Assembly: GCA_964526195.1 (NCBI GenBank)
Contig: CAZGIH010000003.1
Coordinates: 9,434-73,433 of the forward strand
Direction of reading: 5' to 3'
Origin: an uncultured Chromatiales bacterium
GTDB lineage: Bacteria; Pseudomonadota; Gammaproteobacteria; Poriferisulfidales; Poriferisulfidaceae
DNA: 64,000 bases
A program made the translations under genes and the position numbers. The notes below the pieces were generated by a model. It was not told where the DNA came from. It did no database searches and was given only the letters and a program-made list of their open reading frames with translations. Shown here one piece after another: positions 19,610-28,865 of the stretch (positions are counted from its first letter, which is position 1; every line of letters begins with the position of its first letter).

Positions 19610-20761
19610 TTACTTGGAGAGATTTGTGGTCAGCGGCCAAGCAAACACAAGTAGAAAAATGTAGCCTTTGGCTTTCTCGACCTTGTCATGAATTAGTGTG
19701 AGCTTGATGTGGTGTATGCCCCGCATCAGCACAAATTGACCTGACTTGCCAGAAAAAGGCTCCGACCCCGATGCCCATTTCACCAGTTCCTCCAACTTCT
19801 CCGGAACAGCGACGCCTGTCTCACGTATACCGTCAATGAGGGGAGTCCAATGCTGGATATCTTTCAGCCATTCTCCCTCACGTGCGTAGAAATTCAGTCC
19901 AAGAGTCTCCCCCACGCCGTCCACGCCCATGTCAAGATGGACTCCCATGTAGGTGAAAGCATCACGTTCTTCAAGGGGCGAAGCGCTTGCGGCGACCGCC
20001 GAGCATTGCCCCGGCCATCCAACACGCTCCAAAAAAGAAACGACTTCGTTCACTTTTTTAAATCCCATCACCGATAGCCTAATCCCCCCTTTTCTTTCCG
20101 GGAAGCCCCCAACGGCCTGAATCCATGTGTCTGGCTTCGCGGCTAGATACACGCTCTCGATCTGTCGACGTTCTTCAGCGCTCAGGTCCAAGTGAGCCGA
20201 ATGAGCCACCGCATCAACCACGGTAAAGAGATCCCGAAGTTGTTGATCACCGCCCCCACCAGCCAGCGCGTCTTTGTCAGGGTATAAGAAAATTCCAGGG
20301 GCCGGGAGTGGAGCATCCGACTCTGTGTCGATATCGTATTCGAGCATCAACTTCCGACCAACTATACGGCGAAGAATGGCTTCTTCCGATTCCGTCTCGC
20401 CGAGCAGCCAAGCAACACTCGCCGAAGACGCGTCTGCACCTTCTGCTTTCCCCTTTTCCTCAAGAAATGTTGCAGATTGACCTCCGCCAATAACCGAAAC
20501 ACCAAAATCCGCTATTGCCCGGGGATCATGCAGAGGCAATTCAAACCCGAAAGGCAAGGCCGCTACGGTTACAGGCAGATCTCGAGCATGTTCAAGGGTA
20601 ATTTCCCATGCTCGCTCTCCAATTAGTTGAGGAGAAATGCGGCTTCTGAGTTGCTGCAGAAATTCCGCCATGGAATCCGCCTCGTGAAGGAGGCGTTTCT
20701 CTGTCGCGATCCATTGATCTTCAAGGCTCATGGCTGGCGGTTCCTCGTGGTGATGATTCAA
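19610..20761 (-). CDS. Uncharacterised RiPP-cluster enzyme, 383 aa; possibly aromatic prenyltransferase (PT-barrel) fold
   Basis: Overlaps the YcaO stop codon by 4 nt. Pattern FGFELPL/ADF/LEYD/GWPG/HLD/HHIKL/KGY resembles, from memory, a family found beside cyanobacterial RiPP genes; the fold is inferred only. Confidence 0.5.
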   Translation of the reverse strand: MNHHHEEPPAMSLEDQWIATEKRLLHEADSMAEFLQQLRSRISPQLIGERAWEITLEHARDLPVTVAALPFGFELPLHDPRAIADFGVSVIGGGQSATFLEEKGKAEGADASSASVAWLLGETESEEAILRRIVGRKLMLEYDIDTESDAPLPAPGIFLYPDKDALAGGGGDQQLRDLFTVVDAVAHSAHLDLSAEERRQIESVYLAAKPDTWIQAVGGFPERKGGIRLSVMGFKKVNEVVSFLERVGWPGQCSAVAASASPLEERDAFTYMGVHLDMGVDGVGETLGLNFYAREGEWLKDIQHWTPLIDGIRETGVAVPEKLEELVKWASGSEPFSGKSGQFVLMRGIHHIKLTLIHDKVEKAKGYIFLLVFAWPLTTNLSK

Positions 20762-23097
20762 GCAATAACGGGGACGGGGTTCAGGTCAGTCTCTGAAATC
20801 GGGTCGTCGCGCCACCCCATTTCGACCGGTACATCGAATAGACGCCCAGGCGCGAAGCGCTCCCAGAAGTGGCGCAGACCCGGCACAATGACTCGTGCCA
20901 CGGGCATGCCGATATCGGGTCGGGTCAGGTCCAGCACTAACAATTCCATGCCTTTAGATTCGATCAAGGTGCGGCATCGTTCCACGTCCTCTCTCATGTC
21001 TGTTGTGTCGGGAACAGGGTAATCCGACTTGGCGCGCAGTGTGGCATCAGGATCCGGCGCCAGATACGGGAGATCTGACAGTTTGCCATTCTTCCACCAC
21101 CACAGGCACAGTGGCTCGTCGACATCGTGGCCGCAACCGCCCCTCTTCGACCCCTGAACCCAGTTCAGAAATTGGTTCAGCTCGCACACTGCACGCAAGG
21201 CCGCAATGTGTGGATCCACATGTGCCCCAGCCCCGTAAATAATGTCTTCCTCTTCCTTGTCAGTCCGGCGCGAGACGGCAACAAAGGCGGGAATACCAAG
21301 ATCATTGGTTACGTCCAGCAGCCACATTTCGCGGTTGAAGCTGCGGTAGAAGTCGGGCGCGGCTGCAAGATAGTCATCCTTGAAGCTTGCCAAATCCACT
21401 CCAGGCAAGCGCAGTCGGTTGTACCACCAAATTGAGAAAGCATCACGTTCAACCAGCTCAAAAAATCCTTGCAGAACTGCCTCTTCGAGCGTGTTTCCGG
21501 CAGCACAACCATTGGAATCCGCCTTCAGAATTGGTGTTCCGTTCTGATCAGCCCACACGCTATAAAGCATTGGTGTCGGCAGGTATCGGTGCCGGTCTCG
21601 TGTTAATGACCACACGGGAGACCACTCTATCTCTGCACACGAGTCGAAACGGGGCGGCACAAAATTATAGGGATGACCATGGCCATTGATTTGATCTGCG
21701 TGATCCAATTGCCAATCACTGAACAACTGTATGTTATTCGGGTGGATCACTTCGGCCTCGCTAAAATCCTCAAGCCGCTTCCTGCAGCGGATCTCATCGC
21801 CATGAAATGCGCAGGAATAACGCTCAATTGCCTCACAGAGCGCACTCGCCTCGGATTGCTGTGGGGTGCTTCCCTTGCCTGCACTTTTGCTCCTCAAACT
21901 GCGACGCAACGAACTCAATTTGCTATTTCTTAACGCGAAATTACTTCCAGCCCAGTAGACGTGCAACCAGGAATCGGATTTTTCCGTGGTACGTGAAAGC
22001 CACGACACGACACCGCTGACAGAACTAATCAGATGCCGGTACTTAGCAAGAGTCTCCTCTGGAGATACCGAATGCACACCGCCACTGTTCCGAATGCTTT
22101 TCGGGCTCGGCTTCAGTTGTATCGGGATTGGCGGCCGGTCGGCACGATACAACGTCTCGTCACCGCATGCGAAACACTGCGGACGGCGCATAACCTGGTG
22201 ATATTCGCCCTTCAAACGGACAGTGTCCATCGAAATAGCCTGTTCGTGGAGTGGCGCCAGTTCCCCGAAAACCAGCCATTTGGCAATCTCGACCGCGACG
22301 AGACGATATACCGCATCCAAAATGGCAGGCTGGGCGACATTCGGCAGGAACGCAGCATCCTCACCGCCGAAGTTGCGCAAAAAATTGTGAACCTCCTCGT
22401 GGCCCCGAAGACGATATGCGAGACAATCCCAACAGGGGCCCTGTTCCGCTGGCCGAAAAATCGGTCCGAACAGAGGATAGATGCCTTTCGGCCTAACCAA
22501 CATCCACGGCATGCCGGACTTGACATGACGTTGATTCATGTCCGCGTGCCGCTTATCAAGATAGTCGCTGCAAACGGTGACAGAAAGGCTTGGTCGGTCC
22601 GTGCCCACGGCCACATCCATGGCTTCAAGCTGTCGGACGATATGGCCATCATCGCCGGCAACCGAAACCCTAGACTCCGCAAGGCGTTCCTCGGCCCACC
22701 GAGGAGAAGCGCCCAATGAAGACCAAAATGCTGCCTCTTCCCGTTCCATAGCGTAATCGCCTGAGGCGATATAGCCCCTAGAAGCCAAGGCCATCAGTGC
22801 CATCTGGACGTCAGATTCCGAATACGTGCCGGAGAGCTCGGACGTAATGTCGTGATGTGAGCGAGAACCGTCGAGAAGCGGTAGTAGGTCAGAATAAATC
22901 GGTTCGCGAAGCAAAGTACTGAACAACTCGGAAACCAGCAGCACCTGCCCGTCGTCGATCTTGCGAAATTCTATATGCGGCGTAAGGATGGGCGATTCGA
23001 CAACGCCAAGGTCGGGTGCCGTAACTCTCTTTAAAATTCCATGACTCGATTTCTTGTTCGATCCCATCTTCTCGCTTGCACTCTCATTCATGTTCAT
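20758..23097 (-). CDS. Fused TOMM cyclodehydratase (leader-binding/E1-like plus YcaO domain)
   Basis: GPCWDCL...RRPQCFAC, SAGKGST, ALCEAIERY, SNGCAAGNTLEEAVLQGFFELVERDA, Pro-rich C-terminus NPVPVIA. Confidence 0.95.
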   Translation of the reverse strand: MNMNESASEKMGSNKKSSHGILKRVTAPDLGVVESPILTPHIEFRKIDDGQVLLVSELFSTLLREPIYSDLLPLLDGSRSHHDITSELSGTYSESDVQMALMALASRGYIASGDYAMEREEAAFWSSLGASPRWAEERLAESRVSVAGDDGHIVRQLEAMDVAVGTDRPSLSVTVCSDYLDKRHADMNQRHVKSGMPWMLVRPKGIYPLFGPIFRPAEQGPCWDCLAYRLRGHEEVHNFLRNFGGEDAAFLPNVAQPAILDAVYRLVAVEIAKWLVFGELAPLHEQAISMDTVRLKGEYHQVMRRPQCFACGDETLYRADRPPIPIQLKPSPKSIRNSGGVHSVSPEETLAKYRHLISSVSGVVSWLSRTTEKSDSWLHVYWAGSNFALRNSKLSSLRRSLRSKSAGKGSTPQQSEASALCEAIERYSCAFHGDEIRCRKRLEDFSEAEVIHPNNIQLFSDWQLDHADQINGHGHPYNFVPPRFDSCAEIEWSPVWSLTRDRHRYLPTPMLYSVWADQNGTPILKADSNGCAAGNTLEEAVLQGFFELVERDAFSIWWYNRLRLPGVDLASFKDDYLAAAPDFYRSFNREMWLLDVTNDLGIPAFVAVSRRTDKEEEDIIYGAGAHVDPHIAALRAVCELNQFLNWVQGSKRGGCGHDVDEPLCLWWWKNGKLSDLPYLAPDPDATLRAKSDYPVPDTTDMREDVERCRTLIESKGMELLVLDLTRPDIGMPVARVIVPGLRHFWERFAPGRLFDVPVEMGWRDDPISETDLNPVPVIA

Positions 23098-23298
23098 TGC
23101 CCAGCATCATGTTCGCGCAGATAGGTTGCGGTGCTTATTCGACTCTGCACTGGCTACCTAAGCAACTTTGCAGCAAGGTTTCATTTGGATTAGATTTCAT
23201 GTCAAAAGGTTTGCGAGATTCACGGATGGGATGTCCGCCAATCGCCCCCAGTGCCTACCTATCAGTGGGGTGCCGGAACCCGGGCATATAAATTCAGA

Positions 23299-25722
23299 TT
23301 ACGTAGCCAATTCGGCAATATCGGCAGCAGCGCGAGATGCTGTTTCGTGAATTGTCTCGGTCAACTCACTATAGTCGTCCATCCCGCAGGATCGAGCGAT
23401 CATCTCTTCGACACTCGGATTTGCTGTTCCATTCAAGGGTCCGTCTTGCATGGCCAACCGCGAGATCCCCCGCAGGTTCTGCCACATTTTTGCAGTCTCC
23501 GCCAACCGCATTGCAGCTTCAGAAGAGATTAACCCATTTGCGCCCGCTGTTTGGAAAACTGAAATCGCATCGGGGGCCAAGATGTCCGGAGTCTCGCTCG
23601 CGTGGGTCAATTGCAGGAACCGGGCAGCACGCTCGACATCCTGGCGTCCGCCTCGCATATTCTCGATCGACTGCAGGTCGGATCCAGTTGTGTCTGCGGT
23701 GATTCCGTGCAATTCAGAAATCAAGGCGTCACGCGCAGCTCCCTGAGCTAGGATTTCATGTCTCGCTTCATCGAATCGCTCCCCGATCTCGGGGTTGCCA
23801 GACACAAAGATGCACCGCGCCCGGGTCAGGTTCAGCATGTCCTCAGCCGAGTCGGTAGCCTGATGGTGTTCCATAAAATCGGCAAAAGAATAAATGGCCT
23901 TCCTTTCCCCGAGATTCGAGGCTGGTGCAAACAAGAGGCTTCCGTGTGACAAAGAGCGCAACGCCTCGAGAAAGCGGGAGCATATCACTTCGTTATGCAT
24001 CTCGGAAGAACCGCTGTTTTCGTAAACGATTACCGTGCGAAGCTCAGTGCCGAACACCGCTTCCTTGCTAGCCAAATCTCCCAAAACTGCCACGGCTACA
24101 CCGTCTCCGGCCTGGCGGATGTGCCGACTGGCAAACACCTTGTCAACCGCTGACAGCAGGGACGCAATCGAAGCTTCAGCGACATTGGACAGCGCTATAC
24201 CCGCCTCAGCTGGCGACAAGCTACCCCGCATCGTGTGCACCCCGATCTGGAAAGCCTTGTCATTTGACCAGTGCCGTGCGGCTTCCACTGCTTCTCGGAT
24301 TCCTTGAATCGGGATCTCCGCAATCCTTTCCCGCATTTCGGAGACATTGAATTCGCGTGTCCAGTACAAACGCGCAAGGCCACTGCGAGCAACCCTCTCG
24401 TAGTCCGAATCGGGCCCAAAACCCTCAGGGAGATCAAGGTCGGTGAATTCCCTGTCCTGAAGGTTTTCGAGCAATTCCGGTGAGTGGTTGATCCACTCGG
24501 CTAGAAGAGGCGCGGTATCAAGAATCTTGCCAATCTCCTCAAATGCATCTGGATATCCAGCGTACGCCCGACTGTCATAAACGTGCCAGTCCTTAACTTC
24601 CGGATAGAATTTCGCGCGCCATTCATCGACCAGCGGATCCATCGTCTTGAACCAATGTCGGGCGGAAAGGGCTAGGCCAGCCATTTTCAGATAGTTGCCC
24701 GGGAGTTTAGGTGATTCGTCCTTGCCATAGTGTTGCAGCACCGGATAATGCCGGTTTGCCTCCATGTGATGATCAGCATGGCGTTGCATGTTGTAAAAAA
24801 TCCAATTCGTGAATCTGCTGGAAGCAGTCCAAGAATGCCGTGGCAGCACTTTCTCATACCGACCATTAAGTAGACGGATGCGCTGCAATCCGTAGTGCTG
24901 GACATAATTGATGACCTTCATCGAAAGGATCATACTGAGGCAAACCACGGCGAAAACCAGCACTGCCCATGGGCCGCCCATCCAATAGATCAATCCATAC
25001 CACGCCGCGGTCTCAAAAGCATACCGCCAAAACGGGTTTGTGTAATGCCACACCGGCAGACGTCGGCGCGCCAGCCGCTGACGTGCGAATCGCCAAGCCT
25101 CAGTGAGGCTACACTTCAAATCTCTCGGGATATGTTGCCAGAAACTTACACCCTTTGGAGCGGACCCAGGGTCTCCAGGAGTGCTAACGAGAGCGTGATG
25201 AACATAGATGTGTTCCGTCGCGTAATGTGGATAGGAAGCGGAGGCCAGCAAGAACTCACCAAGCCAACGCTGCCACGCGATACGTCGGTGGACCAATTCA
25301 TGACCGACAATGAAGACCACCTGGCCGATATTTGCCATCCCCATCACCAGTATCACAATTTCCCAAACGGCCAGATGGCCAACAACAAGAATCTGCCAGA
25401 GTGAAAACACCAGCGTCACCGGCCAGAATATCGCCCATAGCAAGACGGTCAACTCGTACCAGAACAATTGCCTTTCGGACGTCTGGGCTGGGTCCATGTT
25501 CCGCTCTTCCTGCCCGAATGCGCCATCGAGGCTTTCCACAATGATCAGGTAAGCAATCGGACCCACGAGCCACCAGCCACCGTACATCGCGGCGCAAGCG
25601 GTAAGTGGAAAAGCCGCAAGGGACAGGAAGTACAGCAGGGCGTTCCGAATTGATGGTTCAATTCTCCCTACTTCAACCGTTCCGGTGCCTAGAGCGCTTG
25701 TGTCCACCCCACCTCCATTCAT
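23299..25722 (-). CDS. AlkB/fatty-acid-desaturase-type membrane diiron enzyme fused to a degenerate GlnE adenylyltransferase-like domain, 807 aa
   Basis: RBS GAGGAGG before ATG at 25722; His boxes HELVH, EHIYVHH, NYVQHYGL, QRHADHH; C-terminal half follows GlnE motifs (FQIG, AVLGDL, RARCIFVSG, RGGRQDVE...LQL). Confidence 0.85.
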   Translation of the reverse strand: MNGGGVDTSALGTGTVEVGRIEPSIRNALLYFLSLAAFPLTACAAMYGGWWLVGPIAYLIIVESLDGAFGQEERNMDPAQTSERQLFWYELTVLLWAIFWPVTLVFSLWQILVVGHLAVWEIVILVMGMANIGQVVFIVGHELVHRRIAWQRWLGEFLLASASYPHYATEHIYVHHALVSTPGDPGSAPKGVSFWQHIPRDLKCSLTEAWRFARQRLARRRLPVWHYTNPFWRYAFETAAWYGLIYWMGGPWAVLVFAVVCLSMILSMKVINYVQHYGLQRIRLLNGRYEKVLPRHSWTASSRFTNWIFYNMQRHADHHMEANRHYPVLQHYGKDESPKLPGNYLKMAGLALSARHWFKTMDPLVDEWRAKFYPEVKDWHVYDSRAYAGYPDAFEEIGKILDTAPLLAEWINHSPELLENLQDREFTDLDLPEGFGPDSDYERVARSGLARLYWTREFNVSEMRERIAEIPIQGIREAVEAARHWSNDKAFQIGVHTMRGSLSPAEAGIALSNVAEASIASLLSAVDKVFASRHIRQAGDGVAVAVLGDLASKEAVFGTELRTVIVYENSGSSEMHNEVICSRFLEALRSLSHGSLLFAPASNLGERKAIYSFADFMEHHQATDSAEDMLNLTRARCIFVSGNPEIGERFDEARHEILAQGAARDALISELHGITADTTGSDLQSIENMRGGRQDVERAARFLQLTHASETPDILAPDAISVFQTAGANGLISSEAAMRLAETAKMWQNLRGISRLAMQDGPLNGTANPSVEEMIARSCGMDDYSELTETIHETASRAAADIAELAT

Positions 25723-26002
25723 AGCAACCTCCTCGCTCAGGTTATTGCAATGATATATCGACAATTGTCTACGACGAAGTAGCCGTGTCAAGCACAAACA
25801 CTTCTCATTCTATGTTCACGCCTTGGTTTAAATTTGTAACTGAGCCTGTTCACTTGATCGACAATGCAGACCTTCATTTGCCAAGGTAAAGTCGAACTGC
25901 ACCCAAAGAATAAAGCCTTTCGTCAGTGATATACTCATTTTTTACACAAAACCACATCCATTCTGCACGGCTCCAGCTTCAGCAATCGGTCAAATTGTCA
26001 CC

Positions 26003-26869
26003 ATGAGTAAAACCCAGCCCGCCCAAGGCACGAATCAGGAAAAAGAATCTTCGGTCCCTGCTTATTACGCCGAGCATACCGATTTCATGGTCAAGCGCGC
26101 CGGAGATCTGTTGGCCTACCACTATGGCCTTTGGGGACCGGACACGGCAACTGACAAGGAGGCTCTGTTACGCGCCGAACTCACCTTGGTTCAGGGGTGC
26201 GACCTCTGCCCGGGGCGGCACGTGCTGGACGCGGGCTGCGGCGTGGGAGGCACGGCGATCATGCTGGCTGAAACATATGGCGTCCAGGTTACCGGGCTGA
26301 CTAATTGCGAGCCCCATATCGAGGTCGCAGAAGAACATGCAAGACGGCGCGGGGTCGATCACCTGACCGAGTTCCAGTACGGGGATTTTATGGATTTCCC
26401 ATTCCCCGATGCGAGTTTCGACTCAGTCCTGAATCACAACTCTTTCTGCTACGCTCCAGATAAGCTGGCCTACTTGCAAGGCGTGCACCGCGTACTCAAG
26501 CCTAGAGGACGGTGGCAGGCTGTGGATATCCTGACGCAAGACGCGCCAATGTCAGAAACGCAAGAAGCGTATCGAACCAATGTGGAGCAGGGCTGGCTTA
26601 TACCACCTGTGGCTTCATGGCCCGACGTGGCTACGGCTCTTGAGGGGGCGGGTTTCGATCAAATGGAATGTCAGGACCTCTCCGCCGAAGTGCTGCGTTC
26701 CACGGAAAAAATCCGGAAACAATGGCAACTGTACACATTTCTGATTCCCCCGTCAGGTTGGCCAAGCGGGGCAATTCTGGAGTCTGCGGAAGCTGCCGTG
26801 AATTACAGCCTAGGACTAAAAGAAAACGTGTTCACCTACAATTTTCTTTCTGCCAGAAGGCCAGATTAA
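26003..26869 (+). CDS. Class I SAM-dependent methyltransferase (sterol/tocopherol C-methyltransferase-like)
   Basis: YHYGLWG, VLDAGCGVGG, FPFPDASFD, LKPRGR. Confidence 0.92.
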   Translation: MSKTQPAQGTNQEKESSVPAYYAEHTDFMVKRAGDLLAYHYGLWGPDTATDKEALLRAELTLVQGCDLCPGRHVLDAGCGVGGTAIMLAETYGVQVTGLTNCEPHIEVAEEHARRRGVDHLTEFQYGDFMDFPFPDASFDSVLNHNSFCYAPDKLAYLQGVHRVLKPRGRWQAVDILTQDAPMSETQEAYRTNVEQGWLIPPVASWPDVATALEGAGFDQMECQDLSAEVLRSTEKIRKQWQLYTFLIPPSGWPSGAILESAEAAVNYSLGLKENVFTYNFLSARRPD

Positions 26870-26975
26870 AGAACTGTGCCGCAATAATTTGCTGCGAAAT
26901 TCGCGTTTCACACCAGCCGTTCTGGAAAAGTAAAGGAACGTCGCCCATTACAGTAACTGAGAAGAAGCTCGCCTT

Positions 26976-28067
26976 TTACAGCAGGCTGCGCTGTACCGGC
27001 CCTTCTTCGTCGGAATGCGGCACTAAGTTCGAGACCGTTACTCCAAGCAGACGCACTGCGCGACCTGGCTCCGTGGCCCGGCGCAACAAATCCGGCAGGA
27101 TGGCCACCATCTGCCGGTACGAGGTCAGTGGCCGATCGAACGAATGACTTCGGGTCACCTGCGTGAAGTCGCTGAACTTGACCTTGACCGTAACGGTTTT
27201 CCCGGTCAACTGCTTTTCCTGTAGATCCAGTGCCACCTCGCGTGCCCGCAACTTGAGCGCATTCAGCATTTCTTCCAAGTCTTGGATGTCCTGCACGAAC
27301 GTCGTCTCCGAACCTAGTGACTTGCGGGGTCGGTCCGGCTCTACTTCGCGCAGATCCACGCCCCGTGCCGCTTGGTAGTAGTACTCGGCGTGCTTCCCAA
27401 ACAAAGGCTGGAGCCGTTCCAACGGCCACTGCTTGAGATCGGCCCCGGTTTCGATTCCTAATTCCTCCATTCGTGCCGCTGTGACCGGTCCGATCCCGAA
27501 GAACTTTCGAATCGGTAAGTGGGCCACCAGCTTCGGGCTATCCTCCGGGCGCACCACGGTCAAGCCGTCCGGCTTGTTCATGTCCGAAGCAATCTTGGCA
27601 AGGAACTTGTTGTACGAGACGCCGGCCGAACCGGTCAACCGGGTTTTCTCCAAGATGCGACGCTTGATGTCGTGCGCAATGTCAGTCGCAATTCCACCGA
27701 ACAAGCGACAGCCGGTCACGTCAAGGTAGGCTTCATCCAGGGACAAGGGCTCAACCTTGGGTGTGTAATGGAGGAAGATTTCACGTATTTCGGCCGACAC
27801 TGCACGGTACAGGTCGAACCGCGGGCGAATGAAGATTACTTCCGGGCATCGTTTCTTGGCGGTCCGGCTCGCCATTGCCGAGTGAATGCCGTAGGCTCGG
27901 GCCTCGTAGTTGCATGTCGCCACCGTGCCCCGCCGTTCCGGCTCACCGCCAACGACCAAGGGGCGACCTCGTAGCAAAGGATCCTCGCGCATCTCGACTG
28001 CCGCATAGAACGCATCCATGTCGATGTGGATGATGCGGCGTGCATAAGGATCGTCAGCAGATGCCAT
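26976..28067 (-). CDS. dinB: DNA polymerase IV
   Basis: IIHIDMDAFYA, TCNYEAR.YGIHSAM, SLDEAYLD, KFLAKIASD.NKPDG, VRLLGV. Confidence 0.97.
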   Translation of the reverse strand: MASADDPYARRIIHIDMDAFYAAVEMREDPLLRGRPLVVGGEPERRGTVATCNYEARAYGIHSAMASRTAKKRCPEVIFIRPRFDLYRAVSAEIREIFLHYTPKVEPLSLDEAYLDVTGCRLFGGIATDIAHDIKRRILEKTRLTGSAGVSYNKFLAKIASDMNKPDGLTVVRPEDSPKLVAHLPIRKFFGIGPVTAARMEELGIETGADLKQWPLERLQPLFGKHAEYYYQAARGVDLREVEPDRPRKSLGSETTFVQDIQDLEEMLNALKLRAREVALDLQEKQLTGKTVTVKVKFSDFTQVTRSHSFDRPLTSYRQMVAILPDLLRRATEPGRAVRLLGVTVSNLVPHSDEEGPVQRSLL

Positions 28068-28086
28068 GACCCTGTACCGGTTGGAA

Positions 28087-28785
28087 TCAATCGGGGGAAA
28101 ACCGGGCACGCACCTCCTCCCGGTCGAACCACCAGTCCGGCGTGATCGTGTCGAGAATGCGTGCCATCCGTTCCAGCAGTAGATCCACATCGTCCAAGTC
28201 ATGCATCTGCACCCAGATCCCGATTGCTTCTTCGTCGGTGATGCCGCGGTGGCGCTCAGCCACTTCCGCCACCTGCTGCCGGGCCAGGAAAATCAGGCGA
28301 TCGCGTTCCGCACCGGTCGCCCGCTTGTCCATTAGGAAATAAGCCAGCATCGCAGCCACTGCCGCACCATCGGAATGAGCCGGGGTCTCCTCTACCAAAT
28401 GACGGAACAATTGCCAAGTCAGATCCGGATCCATCGGGCAAGCCAGCGCGAGCCAAAGGCCGTGTCCCAAGGCCGGCGTAGACTCCGGCTGTTCGCTCAG
28501 GTACATGACCTGGCAAGCTGAAGCCGCCTCTTCATAGCGTTCCGTCCGAATACCCGAATCCAACACTTCCCGAGCTATCGCGAAAGCCGTCTCGGACTCG
28601 CCGAGATCAAGCAGAACCTGGGAAAGTTCCAATTGTGCGTCAAGGCGTTCCGAATCCTTGAGATCCGGGCGACGCAACTCCTTCTCCAGCGTCAACCGAC
28701 GCTGCTGCTGTGCCGACTGCCCTGCGGCCGCAGCATCATCGATCAACCGGTCTTCCAGCCGACAGGTTTGCCCGAATTCACTCAT
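28087..28785 (-). CDS. Hypothetical alpha-helical (TPR-like) protein
   Basis: Long ORF in operon position between the monooxygenase terminator and dinB; helical, charged sequence. Confidence 0.7.
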   Translation of the reverse strand: MSEFGQTCRLEDRLIDDAAAAGQSAQQQRRLTLEKELRRPDLKDSERLDAQLELSQVLLDLGESETAFAIAREVLDSGIRTERYEEAASACQVMYLSEQPESTPALGHGLWLALACPMDPDLTWQLFRHLVEETPAHSDGAAVAAMLAYFLMDKRATGAERDRLIFLARQQVAEVAERHRGITDEEAIGIWVQMHDLDDVDLLLERMARILDTITPDWWFDREEVRARFSPD

Positions 28786-28813
28786 AATCTCTATTGTACG
28801 GAGGGCTTGCCTC

Positions 28814-28850
28814 AAAAAAGAAACGCCCCCTCGAAAGGGGGCGTTCTTTT
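28814..28850 (-). terminator. Bidirectional Rho-independent terminator
   Basis: Stem AACGCCCCCT/AGGGGGCGTT, CGAA loop, A run on the left and T run on the right. Confidence 0.85.
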
Positions 28851-28865
28851 ATATGGTTAGGGTTT

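Noticed and set aside
10320-26975. att sites or integrase bounding the RiPP island
   Set aside because: No direct repeat, tRNA or recombinase was seen at either edge.
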